DNA of 64,000 nt from Cenococcum geophilum (taxonomy: Eukaryota). The translations under genes were made by a program, and so were the position numbers. The DNA is taken from contig CP158635.1 in the NCBI GenBank assembly GCA_050273025.1, forward strand, positions 15,376,001 to 15,440,000, read 5' to 3'. Shown piece by piece: positions 61,410 through 64,000 of the stretch. The stretch's first letter is position 1; each line of letters begins with the position of its first letter. A model generated the notes under the pieces. It was given only the letters and a program-made list of their open reading frames with translations, was not told the origin of the DNA and searched no databases.

Positions 61410-63390
61410 TGTTAGGCAAGGCCGCTAGGTTACCTTTATATATTACTTGTAAGCATGCTTACATAGGCCGACTAGTTACAAAATGCAATGTCTTATACTC
61501 CTAAGACTTTACGTCTATATACAGCAATAGTATTTCTATAGTCTTAGCTAACTCTATCTATTAATAATCTCTTTTAAACTAAATCCCAAAAGAGTTATAA
61601 GTTTAACCCACTAAATAAGCCAACCTAAGATTCTATTACTAGATTGTCTTATTAGGTTTTCTATCTACTACTTACTTAAAGCTTTAGGTAATAACTCTAT
61701 ACCAAAATACTAAAGGTTAAAGATCTGTTTCTATAGGTAGAAGTTTATTTTTAATAGTAAAATAGCGTTATAGTTATAGTTATAAGCTTTATCTAGTTGC
61801 TAATTATAGAAGTAGTTAAATAGGTGCTAATAAAAACCATATAATTAAAGGCCCTAAATCTATTAATATAAGCAGCCACTTCCTTATACTTCTTTTATAG
61901 ATAATAAAGAGTGCGCTTTATATAGTAGAACTTAGGATACTATAAATAAAAAAGATCACTTTTATATTACAAAAAGTACAATATAACTTAAGGCCTTACT
62001 CTTAGCCAATACTTATAAATAAAGTAATTAAAATAGAATAGATAGTTAAAAAAGTAATATTATCTACCCTATCTGGCTAGTACTTGTATTTCTTATAGTT
62101 AGACAGTCTCCAACCTCTTAGTTACCTATCCTTAAGTTTATATATAGTACTTTAATTATCCTCTTAGTAGTAGTTTAAAATTACTCTATTCTTAAAGCCT
62201 TTATAAAGGGGAATCTTAAAAAGTAAATAATATACCTCCTATACTAACCAATTACGTTTAATAATAAGCTTATTTATAAACTTAACTACTACTAAACTAA
62301 AGGTACAAAGACTGTTAGTATATAGCTATACTAATTAAAATAACTCCTAGTAGGAAGTTAGCTTCTTCTCTTCCTTACTATAATATTTGCCTATATAGTT
62401 AACCGTTACTAATATGCTTATAGCGGGTAATATATTAATATTTACTATCTATACTAGTATTATAGCTATATTATAGATATTAAAATTTTTATTATTATAC
62501 TATAAATATAATATTTAGTAATATAGATTTTAATCCTTTAATATAGCGGCTTTATTATAATAAAATGCGTTAAAAGTAAAAATAAAACTCCTTTACTCTA
62601 GCAGAGCCTTTCTTTAATTTTAAGTGGTAAGATTTAGTGCAATTACAATATTATTAAAATCAGTTAAGGTAAGTAGTAAGAAGCTTACTAGTATTAACTT
62701 ATTCTTTATAACTAAAAGTAGAAGGGTATTAGAAATTAGGAAGCTTAGATTAATTAGGATTAATTATAAATATAAAAGCAGCCTAGTACTTAGTAAAAGC
62801 TACCCTTAATTCACTAGCTAACAGATCTAGCCTTAGGGCTATTAAACTCTAAAAAAGCTATATATAGCCGCTACCTTATACCTACCACTTATATTAAGAT
62901 TAAAAGTTAGTATTATTAAATAGACCTATAAGTATATACTTTCTAAATAGATTAAAGCGGTAATATAGCTAGTAAGCAGCAATGTATAAGTTATTATTAA
63001 ATTTTTAAAAAGTAATCTAGTAGCGCCCAGCCTTATTAACAGCCTTATACTTATTAAATTAAAGTATATAAGAGTATAAACCATATTAATATAAATTAGT
63101 AGCACTAAATGTAAACAATAGTAACCTACTTTTACTATTTTTAATATAAACTATAAGCTTATTTCTTTCCTACCTCTATTAAGATCTAGTGCCCTTAAGC
63201 TGCCATATATACTATATAATTTTATTTAGCAACCAGTCCCCTAAGGTATTCTTAGTATTATTTTTAGGTGGAGTAGTTTACCACACCTTATAGGACGATT
63301 CTTAGTAGTAGAACCTAACTCTATAATAGCTCTCTACTTATTTAAATCATATTTAGAGGCCTAGAAAAGTAAGCAGAAGCAGGAGTAGTA
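61410..63390. other. AT-rich, heavily RIP-mutated block (unidentified repeat or duplicated gene)
   Basis: Strong TpA excess and CpA/TpG depletion with fairly sharp boundaries. I recognise no diagnostic transposase or RT motif. Confidence 0.6.
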
Positions 63391-64000
63391 TATAGGGAAG
63401 ACGCGCCTTGTCAATCGGAAGTCCGTGCGCAGATTTTAGGTGAGGAAAACTTGTGTAAAGATTGATCTATGAAGAAAAAGAGACTAGATATACATGAGGT
63501 AGGTGGCAAAGACTGACGTCGACACTACGTCATTGCAACCTGATCGACACGCCTTTAACAATCGATATAACTGATATAGCTTTAAAAGCTTCTTTAAAGG
63601 GCCGTCTTTAACAAAATTAAAGCGGGGCTTATAGATATAACACTTGCTACACTTAATTACAGTAAGATCTGCTATATTTATAATATATATAGCAGTATTA
63701 ATAGAGGTGTCAACAAAAAGGAAGACGCAATACTAGGGTATTTTAATGTTCATAATATTTTGATGTCCGTCACGTGGATTCTGCCATAACTTACCGCGCG
63801 CAACTTTTTTTTTAACCAATCAGAAGCAGGCGTGGCGGGGGTTTGAATTCTAGGTCCCGAAAATATAGACCACTCGTACCTAAGGCTAATCAGAAGACGG
63901 AAAACACCGCATACTCTCCTTCATAAATCTTTCTCCATCACGTTTGCTCATTTAGTTATGGTATTATAGATAATCTAACATGGACCATTTCGAGAAATTG

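Overview
Filamentous ascomycete (Pezizomycotina) genomic DNA: spliceosomal introns, fungal-specific gene families and AT-rich blocks degraded by repeat-induced point mutation (RIP). Bases ~2.0-21.4 kb form a five-element transposon nest whose junctions I could resolve. A hAT element (8-bp TSD) contains a piggyBac-like element. That element contains a chromoviral Ty3/Gypsy element (5-bp TSD, carrying an antisense spliced Cys-rich gene) and two non-autonomous, minisatellite-filled CATC-terminated elements, one of them inside the Gypsy. Bases 21.8-49.1 kb are mostly host genes: a Zn2Cys6 transcription factor, a BEACH/Bph1 protein, a vacuolar subtilisin, SNU13, and a head-to-head pair of helical-N-terminus genes that are each interrupted by a transposon. 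Bases 49.4-64 kb hold Fot1/pogo, FunK1-kinase and PD-(D/E)XK nuclease relics, SYF2, a tandem exon-intron repeat array and another RIP block. Most notable: three CCCTT...AAGGG-terminated elements, one encoding a clear piggyBac transposase, sit in T(AT)A targets. They duplicate only 2 bp (AT) instead of the canonical 4-bp TTAA, and restoring the host reading frame supports this in two independent cases. All calls come from manual reading and motif recognition; no searches were run.
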